From NCBI RefSeq assembly GCF_006345805.1, contig NC_043000.1, forward strand, positions 81,344,001 through 81,408,000: a DNA stretch of 64,000 nt, in the 5' to 3' direction. This DNA comes from Octopus sinensis (lineage: Eukaryota). Shown piece after piece: positions 23,777-37,196 of this stretch. Positions within the stretch are counted from its first letter, which is position 1. Each line of letters opens with the position of its first letter. Below the pieces are notes generated by a model. That model saw only the letters and a program-made list of their open reading frames with translations. It searched no databases and was not told where the DNA came from. Made by a program: the position numbers and the translations under genes.

Positions 23777-26509
23777 TCATTTAAAATATTTAAGAGTCTT
23801 AAACCGAGCATGTATACAAGATTTTCCAAGTTCAATTCTGCTGTTTAATTGAATTTCTCCATTATTTTTATACATTAGTATTTCAAATGCTTCCATGGAG
23901 CAAAGTTGGCAGCCTACTCTGCTATTTTTATAGGGTTTTGCTCTTCTGACTAATTCCCAATTTAGGTTATATTTGATATTATTGTTTTTTAGTTCCCAAA
24001 TTTTACTAGAAAGAGTAGTGCTATCAGCCTTATGACGTAATTTAAAAGATGAGAGATGATTATTCAATCTCTGTTTAAAATTTACAGTGCATCCAACATA
24101 AGAGAACTTATTATTATCTATGGTTACGGAGCACTTATAGATTATGTTAATTAACCCGCATAAATCAGGGGCCGGGCATTTTGATTTAATTCTGCAGTTA
24201 CATCTAGGGGCATTATAATTAGAGGTGGAATACTTTGAGGATAGAAGTTTTATATTACTGTTGCTTGAAGCAGAGCGGGTAAATTTATCATGATTTTGAT
24301 TAATGTTATTATCTAAAAAAAACTCTATCATTATTGTAGTTAATATTATTATCTAAAACAGTATTATCATTTATAGGTATTCCTACATTTTCATTTGGTT
24401 CTAAAGCTCTACTTTCATTATTATTATTATTATTGGTGCTGCTATCTAAAATAATGTTATCATTATTGCAGTTGATGTTATCTTCTAAAGTAGTATTATC
24501 ATTTGTCGGTATTCCTACACTATCGTTTGGTTCTATAACTCTACTATCATTGCTGATATTGTTGATGCTATTAGTATTGTTGTCGATATTGCTATCCAGA
24601 TGTGTAGTGTTGTTGCTGATAATGTTGTTACTCTCATTCACTGTACTTATATTCATGGTATTATTCCTATTACTAACATAATCATTCCTATTTATGTTAT
24701 TATTGTTATTAACAATTCCATGGCTTTTGGTTATATTTATTTTATGACATTCATTATTGTTATTATTATTATTATTATTGTTGCAATTATTACTTTTCGT
24801 ACTGTTATTACAATTTTCCGTTGCATTTTTATTTTTATTTATTAAATTATTTCTGGCTAGTTTTATGTTATTATTATTGATCTTAGCTATTAAAGTGGAC
24901 ATATTTGGGAGAGTTGAATAAGAAATTCTGACTGTTTTTTTAGAAATAATTTTATGATATCTATGAGAGGATGGGAAATTATTTTCTAGAATTGTTTTGA
25001 ATCTACCCTGAATATCTGATGAAACCGCACAGTTAAAAGGGATGTTTAGCCATATTATGTCTTTCTTATTAAATTTCTTCGAATTAGAGTTAGGGCTGCT
25101 AGAATTTTTCCCACTAGAGTTAGGGTTATTAGAATTAATCGTCCCATCATCAGATTCTTTGTATTTATTAATGTTCCTGTTAGCATTTTTGCTAGTTTTA
25201 TCCAAGTTTATTTTACCCTTATATAAGTATTCTCTGTTATGTTTTTATTAATATTCTTAATATCATTAGGGTACTTTGCCGTTGTAAATCTATTTCTACT
25301 ATCCTTTCTGGTATGGTCATTGTTGTTGTCTATGTTACTAATAGTGTGTTTCTTAATTTTAATTTTATTTAAGGTTGCCTTATCAGGGCTATCTGTATTA
25401 TGGTCTATGTATTTATCCTTATACTTATCATTACGATTAGATGTTGTATTAGATCCACATCTATGTATCTTTTCGACTTGATCATTTTTGTTATTTTTGT
25501 GGTTATTGCTGTTTAATTTACTTAAATTATTATGATGAGTTCCTAGTTTTTCCGTATCTTCAAAAGTAATTTTCTGGTTATATCCTGCTCTAGATAACGC
25601 CTCATTGTAATGCCCTGAGTGTGAGTTAAATATATTAGAATTAGATGATAATTTGGATATTCTTATGGAAATATTTCTAACTAAAGAATTTATTATATTT
25701 GGGAGATGATTAGATAATTTATTTACGTAACTAGTGATTTCCCCTTCTTTTCTAAATGGATAATGTAGTTTGGAGTTAAGGTCTAAAGTAATATCTAGAA
25801 AATTAGCTATTTTAATGTTTGGTTCATAGGTTATGCTAAGGTTGAAATCTTTAAAGAACCTATTAATCTTCTTTTTAATTCTTTCTATGTGTGATTTATT
25901 ATTGGTATTTACAACAAACAAAGCATCATCTCTATATAGACCACCCTGCAATTCAGGGATCTCTTTATTAATGCATTTCAGTAGATATGCTCCTACTAAA
26001 TTGGTTACCTCAGCCGAATCACTTGAGCCCATAGGAATATCGAAAAAGTTAGGGGTATCAGCTCTGGTCCATAATTTTCCCTCAAATTCAATAAAGGTTT
26101 TCCTAGCTAAAAGTATAATGTCTATTTCTTCTCTAGATATGAGGGAGCGATTCATCGCGAATATAAGCGATTTATTAAGTAGGATAGGGGAAATGCTAGA
26201 CTAGTAGTTATTTATATCGAATTGAATGAAGGCTAAATTATTTGTATTAGTTAGGGAATTAAACCATTTAAGGACCTCATCGGTATTTATCCACAGGCTT
26301 AAGGGAAGAAGTGGGGTTATTTGGGGTAAGATATTATCTAGGATAGATTTACTAAGTCGGCCAATATCCGACTTAGTTGGGCAAATAAGTCTTACCGACG
26401 GGTTTTCCAGGAAATTCTTTTTATGGTCTTTAAGATTAATCCTAGGTTCACATGGTACAATTGGTTCTGTTCTGTCTGCTAGATCATATTTTTCCATAAT
26501 AGCTTTCAT
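23777..26509 (-). pseudogene. Penelope-like RT-GIY-YIG polyprotein (one in-frame TAG, two frameshifts)
   Basis: RT: VRLICPTKSDIGRLSK, QFDINNY*SSI, FDIPMGSSDSAEV, GGLYRDD, NFLDITLDL. Endonuclease: CNCRIKSKCP, IIYKC..YVGCT..FKQRLNNH, CQLC, LNSRIELGKSCIH. Confidence 0.9.
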
Positions 26510-27244
26510 TTATATATATACACACACACACATACTATTCTTTTCCCTCTCTCTGGACTTTTCCTCTTTTTGGCAATGTCACACATCTTTTTTTCTATCT
26601 TAAACTTTCTCTGAGTGTCAAGTTAATAACATTCATTTTGTCCACCCTTTCTTGTTTTATTTTTGTTTTTGATTCGCCTATATATGCATGCACACACACA
26701 TGAACACTTGGGCCAAACACTGAATTCAAACAAGTAACCTTTATTTCTAAAACCAAAGATAATAATACTCTCATCCACTTGACCCAGGCCACTGATATAT
26801 GTAGACTTCAATCAAATTGATGAAAGCAAGTATAAATATAAATATTCAGCATTTTTCAGCATTACACATGAGGAAATAGCCCTGACCCTGAAGATTATAA
26901 TCTTGAGTCTAATAATATTTTTTGATGTTTACTCAAACAACATAATTCTATCTTAAACGAAAATGTTTATTAATTCTTGCATTGTACATGTTTTCCATTA
27001 GTTTTGTGGATTAGAAACTGTTTTGACATAATCAAGTACAAAGAACAAAAATTATGGGAAGACAGGATATTAATTACAAAAAATCCTGACAAAATATTGA
27101 TATGATGAAGGAAGAAGAGTAAATATGTGTGCTGATTTGATATGTTTTCAACATCGATAGCAAAATATTGTTGTTGATCAATATAATTGCAACAGTCAAA
27201 CCTGTGGAAAATCTTTTTAATATTGATAGTTTTCCCTGACGTGA

Positions 27245-27410
27245 GAGCTTTCAGCTGTGTGATAAGAAGCTTGCTTCCCAAACACATGGTTCCAGGTTCA
27301 GTCCTACTGCATGATACCTTAGGCAAGTGTCTTCTGCTGTAGCTTCAGGCCAAGGCTACAGTAGCCTCATGAGTAGATTTAGTAGACAGAAACTGAAAGA
27401 AGTCCATTGT
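27245..27410 (+). mobile_element. SINE family B 5' half
   Basis: Matches 18960-19110. Confidence 0.7.
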
Positions 27411-28011
27411 GTATCTATCTATCTGTCTGTCTGCCTGTCTGTCTAAATAGGAAATAGTGGTACAAAAGATAAAAGTTTATCTTACCAACTCATTGTATAG
27501 CTATTAATATATTTGTCATCACCAACATCATCACCATTATCACCATCATTACTATTACTGTTATTACCATCTTCATTCTCATCATCATCATCATCACTGT
27601 TTAATTTTTACCAGCTCCACTCAGCTGAGCTCAGTCCTTCCTCTTCAGAAACTCAATTTCTAACGCTCCCCCTTCGCACACATTTTTCCTGTAGTCATCA
27701 TCTTGCAACTATTCAAAGGGAACATTAACTCCATTTTTTTTGGAGGGCCTGTGAAGGCAATGGCCATGCCTTCTTCCTCCAAAACCTATCAATAAAATAT
27801 AAAGTCAATCTAGATCTCCTTGAGATGTAAACTCAGAATGTAAAATGACATAACAAAATACACAAGAGTATTTTATCAAGTGCTCTACTGATTCTGCTAA
27901 TTTATCCCTAATACTCTGCCAATTTTATCAATACCACACCCTGATATTCTACCATTTCTCACGATCCATCATCCTTTATCTTGTACTTTTTACTTGATAA
28001 TGATAATAATA

Positions 28012-28156
28012 ATTATTTCTACTATAAGCACAAGGCCTGAAATTTTCAGGGAGAGGATAGTTGATAACATCGACTCCAGTGTTTCACTAGTACTTAATTT
28101 ATCAACCCCAAAAGGATGAAAGGCAGAGTCAACCTTGTCAGAATTTGAACTCAGAA
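28012..28156 (-). mobile_element. SINE family A, truncated
   Basis: Matches 34340-34485. Confidence 0.7.
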
Positions 28157-28359
28157 CAATAATAATAGTCACTGTTGATGTATGGAACTAATGTCTCTTT
28201 CTTTTATTTGTATATTTCAGCTGAAATTCTCAAGTCCCATGGCAAATATTCACGGGATGCATCTGTTCTCAGCCAGAAATTTGATAATATGTCCTTGCCA
28301 AATTGTGTTTCTCCTATTGTGGATGTAAGTACTTCTCTTAATCTCATTTATATGTTTAC

Positions 28360-28409
<50 letters not shown>

Positions 28410-28436
28410 AAGTGTAAAGTATTACATATCCTTTAC

Positions 28437-28519
28437 AGCCAATCTTACCAATTGGTTTTGCACAAGGAGTGTTAGGTAACAGCCTGATTATGTAAGCCTG
28501 CGTTTTTCAGGGATGGCAG
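28437..28519 (-). ncRNA. Decayed type I hammerhead ribozyme motif
   Basis: Minus strand: actgccatcc-CTGAAAA-acgcagg..ccttgtgc-AAA-ACCAATTGGT-A-agattggctgt. Two G-to-A core changes; palindromic stem III. Confidence 0.5.
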
Positions 28520-28622
28520 TTATGGAATGAAATATGGTGCCTTTGTACATTTTGTGTAATATACCTACTCTATTGACAAATATTGGAGTGCATCAATTTT
28601 CTGACGCATGGATTCATAGATG

Positions 28623-28623
<1 letters not shown>

Positions 28624-28666
<43 letters not shown>

Positions 28667-28722
28667 GTAAATATATATATATATATATTTATGTAAATAT
28701 ATATATATATATACATATGTAA

Positions 28723-28755
<33 letters not shown>

Positions 28756-28766
28756 ATATATAATAT

Positions 28767-28862
<96 letters not shown>

Positions 28863-28895
28863 TGCATATATATATATATATATGAATGCATATAT

Positions 28896-28947
<52 letters not shown>

Positions 28948-29022
28948 ATATATATATGTATATTTACATATGTACATATATATTTACATATGTACATATA
29001 TATTTACATATATATATATATA
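28624..29022. repeat. Long interrupted (TA)n microsatellite
   Basis: Direct observation. Confidence 0.95.
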
Positions 29023-29760
29023 GTTGTTACCTTTTTACTTCATAGTTTTGTCATTTAGCACATGCATGTATATATTCCTATATAACTATATATCAATACA
29101 CATGCACACATGTGCACTCACACACACACACACACACACACAAATAAGCTTGATTTACCTTATCATGGTTAGATAAAGTAAATTAAGATCTTTATGTTTG
29201 TTTCAATTTTCACACGTAATCGATCATAACACTTGACAAATATTCTAATTCATTCTTTCATTCAAGGTAGGAACTGAAATTTCATCTCTCTATTTAACCA
29301 GTGGGTTAATATAAAAGCAATCCATTGGAGTGTATAGAATATTGACTTGCATGTAGTTAATAGGTGTGTAAATGCAACTGTTATTCTTCAACCCTGACCC
29401 AGTAGACCTGACATCAAAGGCAATCCAGATTTGACAGTCTCATCTTTTTCCTGGGTACATTGCACCCAAATCAACATTATCTAGTATGCCCTTCTATTCT
29501 AAGAGGAGAAGGATGTAAGTGAAAGAAAATTTGACTGCCATTTCTAACATGTTCAGAGATCACTGAGATTTCACCTCTGGCTTGTGTGTGAGTGTGTGGT
29601 GTATGAATATTTCAATGGTGAGTGTTTTGTGTATATATTTATAGCTAACTGTATGTATATCTGATAATCATTTGTGTGTGTATATGCGTGCGCACATACA
29701 CACACGCACACATTCATAACCATATTAACAATTTTTGTGAGTATATTATATGAACATAAC

Positions 29761-31511
29761 CATATCTCACAGAAGTATGTACATCCCTAAAAATTTCAGT
29801 AAAATTGCCATTACTCTGAAAATATCAAAGGAAATCAAGTGAAATTTATACTGAATAAAATGTTATCCATGCAAACGTTATACAAATTTAGAACACAAGA
29901 GAATAAACATTTTCAAAGATATGATTGAAATATTAATTTTCAAACGATACAAAAATATGTACACCCTAAAGGATTATTTGCTATATTCAATATTTGGTGT
30001 GATTGCCCATGCTTTCAATGATGGCATTAAGTATTCTGGGCATAGAGTCAACTAAATTCCTACATATAACTGATGAAATTGACTGCCATTCATCCTGAAT
30101 GACGCCTTTTAACTGTGTTACATTGAGGGGTCTTTTCTCCTCAACCTTCCTTTTCAAAACACCCCACAGATGTTCTATTGGGTTTAAATCAGATGACATG
30201 GTAGCCCAAGCAATACCTATTTCTTTACTACCCACAAGGGGCTAAACACAGAAGGAACAAACAAGGACAGACAAACGGATTAAGTCGATTATATCGACCC
30301 CAGTGCATAACTGGTACTTATTTAATCGACCCCGAAAGGATGAAAAGCAATACCGTTACCTTTTTATCTGATAATAACTTAGTCATCATCTTTGAAGTGT
30401 ATTTTGGGTCATTATCATGTTGGAGAATGGAATGTCTTCCTTGTTCCTTGATGCTTTTCAACATTGTTTTCTGCAATATGTCATAATAAATCCTTGAATC
30501 CATTGTTCTCTCAATATATGTGAGACCTCCCACATCAGCCACACTCATGCATCCCTAAATCATAACACTTCTGCCTCTGTGTTTCACAGTAAGCATGATG
30601 CATTTGTTGCTATTATCGTCACCTGGTCATCGCCATACTCATTTAATACCATCTAACCCAAACAAGTTGATTTTAGTCTCATCAGAAAGAAGTATTTTAT
30701 TCCAAAACTCCCTCCCCTTACTCACACAGGTTTTGGCAAAAGAAAGACGACTTGATTTATGCCTGGTAGTGAGGAGAGGCTTCCTACGAGGAATGTATCC
30801 ATGAAGACCACACTGGTTCAAACTTCAGCAAACTGTTTGGGTGGATACACTCTTTTCATTTACAGAAAACACTTCTTGGGCCAAAGATGAAGTGCTACGA
30901 AGGCTGTCATCCTTCACACAACATTAGATTTGGCAAATATCACGTGCAGTTAAAATAGAAGGACAACCTGAATGATGTTTATTGCTTAGCCATCCAGTAG
31001 CTTTGTACTTCTGAATTACTTTTGCAGCTGTATTTATGCTAATATGTATTCGTTTGCTAAATAACTTGCATCCTAAACCATTCTTGTGCAAATTAAAAAT
31101 AATTTTCTTCAAATATTATTCTTTTCCTTTTGGTGCCATTTTAATCATAATGAAGAAGATTTTCACTACGGTATACAAATCAGAATTCCTGCAGATGCAA
31201 TAGTAATGACCTGTGCAAAAAGACCAGGAGAAATAATTTATTAGAATTGAAATTATCAGCAATATCTGAATTTAGTAAAAAAAAAGTGGATAAAATATTG
31301 AATATAGCAAATTTCCATTAGGGGCTACATATTTTGGTAATGTTTTAAAACTAATATCTCATTCATATATTTGAAATTCCAAATTTGTATAATGTTTGCA
31401 TGTATAATATATTTTATTCAGTATAAATTTTGTTTGATTTTTTACGATATTATCAGAGTAATGGTAATTTTACGGAAATTTTTTAGGGATGTACATACTT
31501 CGGTGAGATAC

Positions 31512-31513
<2 letters not shown>
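29761..31513 (-). mobile_element. Tc1 transposon with long IR/DR-type TIRs, inactive
   Basis: ~200-bp TIRs (tatctcacagaagtatgtacatccctaaaaattt.. / ..aaatttttagggatgtacatacttcggtgagatactg). Transposase remnants: HTH region, PRRKPLL, SDETKINLFG, LQHDNDPKYTS, SSDLNPIEHLWG. Confidence 0.92.
30218..30344 (-). mobile_element. 5'-truncated SINE nested in the Tc1 transposase
   Basis: Flanked by the 10-bp duplication aagcaatacc (30208-30217 and 30345-30354). Carries the family A core 'gtcgattatatcgaccccagtg..ctggtactta..gaccccgaaaggatgaaa'. Confidence 0.85.
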
Positions 31514-31550
<37 letters not shown>

Positions 31551-31694
31551 ATGTGTGAGTGAGTGAGAAAAGGTTGTGTTCTATTTTATCCTTTACTTTG
31601 GAGGGTTCCAAAGGACTATTTCTAATAAAGATTATTCATATTGCATTGATAGCTTACTGTTATAAGAATTTTGCGAATACGAAAATGCTACAAG

Positions 31695-32249
31695 TATAAG
31701 GTGTGTTATGAGGATTCGTAGAATAAGTATCCTATAGAAACTCAACAAACTGTTCAAGATGGAGAAGAGAAGATGTTAGAAATTTGTAAAGAATTTAATC
31801 CATGCATACGCCTGTTTCAAACAGCAATATTAACATGTAAATAACATGGTAGAAAAATTAGAAATTAATTAAATTAAAATTAAATTAATTACATGTTACT
31901 CTTCTCCTCAGTGCAAAAGAAGGATACATAAAAAAAATAATATTATTATTGTTACAGAAGACTTGATGGAGTGATTAACACATAACATATTCGGATATAC
32001 ATATTATCCTTATGAAAGATTAAGAGCATGCTAAGATAGTGTCGTTGAGTCTAGTTGTGTATGAACTAAAACACATATACAACTAATTTTTCTACCATGT
32101 TATTTACATGTTAATATTGCTGTTTGAAACGATCATATGCATGGATTAAATTCTTTACAAATTTCTAACATCTTCTCTTCTCCATCTTTAACAGTTTGTT
32201 GAGTTTCTATAGGATTCTTGTTGTATAAATCCTCATAACACACCTTATA
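31695..32249. mobile_element. Fold-back/MITE-like element with ~165-bp terminal inverted repeats
   Basis: 31695-31861 is the near-exact reverse complement of 32083-32249. ~220-bp AT-rich spacer, TATA ends. Confidence 0.8.
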
Positions 32250-32254
32250 TATAA

Positions 32255-32510
32255 ATCATCATCATCATCATTGTTTAATGTTCACTTTCCATGCTGGCAT
32301 GGGTTGGACGGTTTGATTGGGGACTGGTGAGCCAGATGGCTGCACCAGGCTCCAATCTGATCTGGCAGAGTTTCTACCGCTGGATGCCCTTCCTAACGCC
32401 AACCACTCTGAGAGTGTAGTGTGTGCTTTTACATGCCACCAGCACAAGGGCCAGTCAGGCAGTACTGGCAACAGTCATGCTCAAATGGTGCTTTTATATG
32501 TCACCTGCAC
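32255..32510 (-). mobile_element. SINE/LINE-tail family C ending in (ATG)n
   Basis: 'catcatcat..tttccatgctggcatgggttggacgg..ggatgcccttcctaacgccaaccac'. Related copies at 43707-43915, 8275-8430 and 57121-57400. Confidence 0.7.
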
Positions 32511-32588
32511 AGGACCCAGCAATCCAAACTGTGTGCATATATTTATATATAGCCTATTGTATATTTTTATACATAACCATCTATGTAC

Positions 32589-32666
<78 letters not shown>

Positions 32667-33049
32667 GTATATATTTTGTAACGTTTGAAAAAGTATATAT
32701 ATATATATATATAACGATGTGTAAAAATATGACACCAATCTTTGAGTGTATATATCTATACATACATAATTATGTGCATTTAAGATTATGATATAATGTG
32801 TATGTATGACATCAAACTTGAGAGTTTCTTACCACTTATAAATAACATTGTGTAAATATATGAATATTACATCAATCCTTTGTCATCATACATTTTGATC
32901 AGTCTCAGAGATAAAGCAGGGTGTATATATACTGAACTACGAAACATGACACTAGCAACAGCCACAACTATGATTTCACAGGTGCTATTTACATGACGCT
33001 AGCAACGGCCACAACTACAATTTCAGTTGTTGACTTGACAAGTCTTCTC

Positions 33050-33365
33050 AAGCACAGCATATCACCAAAGGACTCAGTCACTTGTCATCACTTTTTTTAG
33101 GCCCAACATTCAAAGATCATGCTTCACCACCTCATCCCATGCCTTTCTGGGTCTACTGCTTCCACAGGTTCCCTCCACAGTTAGAGATCAGCACTTTTTT
33201 ACACATCTATCCTTGTCCATACCCACTTCTTGCACACCACATCTGATGCCTTTAATGCCCATTTTTTCTCTCAAGGCATTTATGCTCTGTTGTACATCCA
33301 CACTGACATTGCACATCCAGCAAAGCATACAAGCTTCATGTCTTTCAAGCTTTTGCATGTCCTCT
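33050..33365 (-). mobile_element. RTE-type LINE 3' end fragment
   Basis: Minus strand reads LTVEGTCGSSRPRKAWDEVVKHDL, a typical RTE C-terminal GRPRKTW region. Confidence 0.6.
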
Positions 33366-33569
33366 ATTGTTGTGTATTAATTAATATTCATCCATGTAAT
33401 GATGGTAGTCTCTTTCTAAATATGCTTTACAAACGCTGTGTCAATGACCAATGAGCTGTCGCCTTTGTTCAGGTAACTTTCAAAGGAGTTTGTTCTACAG
33501 TTTTGGTGGTAGTGGTGGTGGCGGTGGTGGCAGTGACAGTGGCAGTGGTAGTGATGGTGGCAGCACACG

Positions 33570-34260
33570 GCTAGCAATTTTAGTTGAAGGGTCAGTCAAT
33601 TACATCAACTCTAGTGCTCTAGTGGTACTTATTTCATCAACCCCAAAAGGATGAAAAGCATAGGCAACCTCAGGTTTATTCGAACTCAGAACATAAAGGA
33701 CCAGAAGAAATGCCACTTAACCATCTGTCCAGTATGTTTATAATTCTGCCAGCTCACTGCCTTTTTTGATAATAATGATGATCACTTAAAGTGGAAGGAA
33801 GTTGTGGAAGGGAGAGACGCAGGAAGACATGGGACAAAGAATTGAAGGCCGATCTCAAAACACTAAACCTTATGAAGGAGATGACAGAAGACCAAGATAT
33901 GTGGGGCATTGTTGTACTCAAAAGGATCCACCCACCATGACAGTATTGATACCCTAAAACCAAGGTGCCACATAAAAAGGATTGGTGTGGGTGCTGGTGC
34001 CACATAAAAAACACTTGTGATGGTGTCATGTAAAAATAATAATCCTTTCTACTATAGGCTCATGGCCTGAATTTTGTTGGGTGGGGGCTAATTGATAACA
34101 TTGACCCCAGTGCTCAACTGCTACTTATTGGCTCTGAAAAGATGAATGGTAAAGTTGACCTCAGCAGAATTTAATACTCAGAACATAAAGTCAGAAGAAA
34201 TGCTGTGAAACATTTTGTCAATCATGCTAACAATTCTACTAACTTTTAATAATAATAATG

Positions 34261-34318
<58 letters not shown>

Positions 34319-34770
34319 TAATAATAATAATAATAATAATCCTCTCTACTATAGGCACAAGGCCTGAAATTTGTGGGGAGGAGGATAGTCGATTACATCA
34401 ACTCCAGTACTTGACTGGTACTTAATTTATCGACCCTGAAAAGATGAAAGGTGAAGTCAACATCAGTAGAATTTGAACTCAAAATGTAAAGATGGATGAA
34501 ATGCTGCTAAGCATTTTGCCCAGCATGCTAACGATTGTGCCTGCTCATTGCCTTAATAATAAAAATAATAATAATAATGACAATAATACTAATAATTGTG
34601 ATAATGATGATTTCTGATTTAGGGCAAATCCAAAAATTCTGATGACAGAGGTTAGTCAATATTATCAACTCCAGTACTTGACACTTTATTTTATTGATCT
34701 CAGAGGGATGAAGGGCAAAGGTGCACTCAGAATGTAAAGAGCTGGAACAAATATCCCAAAGAATTTTAAC
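33570..34770. mobile_element. Cluster of family A SINEs (33570-33762, 34040-34245, 34340-34555, 34608-34770; minus) and an RTE 3' fragment (33780-33960; plus)
   Basis: Repeated family A core separated by (AAT)n. The plus-strand fragment reads VEGSCGRERRRKTWDKELKADLKTLNL. Confidence 0.75.
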
Positions 34771-35254
34771 TGACCCTCTAGAAATAAGCAGGATGTGTAG
34801 ACTAATGAAAAGAACACCAGAACTAATAATAAATGGAACAGTAGGTTATGGAAAGGAAGAACATGGACAGAATATAAGACCCAAACCAGGGCTTACAGCT
34901 TTGCATTTAGTCCATAAAATAGTTCTCCTTGCACAGATCACATCCTACACAAAATACTTTCAGTTCATTAGTACTACTTAAACAATGCTCTTTCTAAACA
35001 CAACAGAACACCAATGTTACACGGCCACCACCCAATAAAATAACATAACCTGCACAGGACATTTTTTATATAAATTATGCCAGATGTTATTATAACAATA
35101 TATACACACACATACAGACCAGTAACCATACATACAACTGATGTTCTACACTGATGTTCTTCACAGTCTTACATACCCATTATTATGACATAACCATATA
35201 TCACAACCTCTATATATTCACCATCCGACACCTAAAACACCTGACACTGCACAT

Positions 35255-35472
35255 ATTAAAAACCAGCCATATCCAGCCCCAAATATTTTGTCTGTTTTAT
35301 GTTCAAACCAGCTAGATCTGATCTTTCATACCTACCCTACAATGTCATTCTAAAAATGCAGTAATCACATTATTGAACTCCCGAAGCTACAAAATAATGC
35401 ATGATTAATTTAAAACAATGTGAATAAATAAGCTTTACATTTGAAAGAGTAATCTGAAAGTTAAAGAGTTAA
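35255..35472. mobile_element. piggyBac-like MITE, left end eroded
   Basis: Collinear with 4111-4339 and 40501-40730. Ends ttaaagagttaa. Confidence 0.7.
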
Positions 35473-36610
35473 ACAGGAAAAAAAACATGCAATGAAAGAA
35501 CACAACTCACAATGCACATACACTACACAACAAGAGAAATACTCAAACAACACTGGAAACAACAAACCAAACTCTACAAACAAAACAAATATTGTATACA
35601 CACACAGTTCGACAACCTCAATAGTCAATACAACACACTCATCAAGAACATGGAATTGCACTTCATAGTGCAGTAGAAAATTGCATGGAACTATTAGAAA
35701 TAGGATGACCATGATGATGATGATGATCGTCATCATCAGCATCAGCCTTGTCATCATAGTGGGTGGGTGGGCTGATGGAGGGGTAGTGGTAGTAATGTTG
35801 AAGAGGTTTCACATTCCTGAGACTAATGCATAATTTTTTTTTAGCAAAACAATAGAGTATTTGTTGCTTTGATATTTTGCCATTAATAAGAATCCAGTGA
35901 ACCATAGCTACCAACGATGGGTATCCAGCTGTAAGAATCGGTTGCTTCAACATGCAAAAGAATGTCTAATTTTTGTTTTTACGAAACACCAACACCATAC
36001 AACATACAGTAATCTTTTAAGCAACATGTTGTTGCTATTTCTTTTTGCTTGCCATAATGGCTGCTGACATTGGCAACAATACAAAGGTGAAATACAAAGA
36101 AAAGCGTGAAGCAGTGGGGGTGGGGTGGGTGTGTGTGTGTGCGTGGGGGCGGATTAGATAGTGTAAAAGATACAAAATCAACAATAACAATAAAAATACA
36201 TTTATAAAAAGAGAGCAATAAATATCTATAACAATATATGTATCTTTATTTAAGACAGTGAGTTTTTGACTTGGGGCAGATCTGGCTGTTATTTCTAGCA
36301 GGTTAATTGACCGTAGAGGGGTTTCTTTGTTAGTTGAAGATTTCCTAACTTTTTACTGATGTATAAATTAGAGCTGGCTAATAAACATAAGATTATTTTC
36401 ATACTTCTACACAAATTATTTATACAGGATCCACAAGAATATACAATCACTTTGATTAACTTGCATTTGCCTAATATGTCTGTATATACATTCTCTATAG
36501 AGGAGTATAAACACATGGTTTCTGATACTAGTTCCCTATAGCTAAAAAAATAAGCAATCTTGGTGGGCCAAAGGATTTAATTAAGTTTTCCATGTTCATC
36601 CTTCTGTATT

Positions 36611-37196
36611 TTAACCCTTTAGCTTTCAGATTATTCTGTCAACTGTAAATAGGTAAAGACCACACTCTGGTCAGGCATGACCATGGGACTGCACCTAGAG
36701 AGTTACCCTCTAAAGCACAAGTTTAGGCAAGGTTGTTTTATGGAAGACCAGCAGGCACCCATGCATACCAGCCTCCCTTCTCCACACCACTGATGTTATT
36801 CAAGAGAAACCAAATGGGCCGGTACAGCTTGGTACCAGTGATGTTGCAACTCATATCTATAGCTGAGTGAACTGGAGCAACATGAAATAAAGTGTCTTGC
36901 TCAAGAACCCAACACACATCCCAGTCCAGGAATCAAACTCACTACCTCATGATTGTGAGCCCAATGCTTTAAACATTGAGCTATCCACCTTCACTGTCAA
37001 ATGTACTGCTTACTTAACTCACATTCTTTTGAATTCTTCATGCGTTATCTTATGGCTTTGAGATTTCATTGATGTGATTGCTTATTTTTTAGAATAACAT
37101 CGTAGGATAGGTGTGAGAGGAATAATCTGGCCAATTTGGACATATAACAGATATAATACAGGCCAGATTTGGCTGGTTTAAATGTTAAAGGGTGAA
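36611..37196. mobile_element. piggyBac-like MITE (reverse orientation) split by a SINE at 36648-36993
   Basis: Starts ttaaccctttagc, ends gttaaagggtgaa. SINE flanked by ctgtcaactgta (36636-36647) and ctgtcaaatgta (36994-37005). Confidence 0.8.

Larger units (their letters stand above)
22372..26510 (-). mobile_element. Penelope-like element (Naiad-type motifs), 5'-truncated
   Basis: RT and GIY-YIG coding remnants, 1.4-kb 3' region ending in a hammerhead ribozyme. Both ends abut (TA)n tracts. Confidence 0.9.

Noticed and set aside
23777-26509. Selenocysteine recoding, reported for some Naiad elements
   Set aside because: The Cys motifs translate as Cys. The only internal in-frame stop seen is a TAG at 26201-26203 at a Tyr position, and the terminal TGA is followed by further stops.
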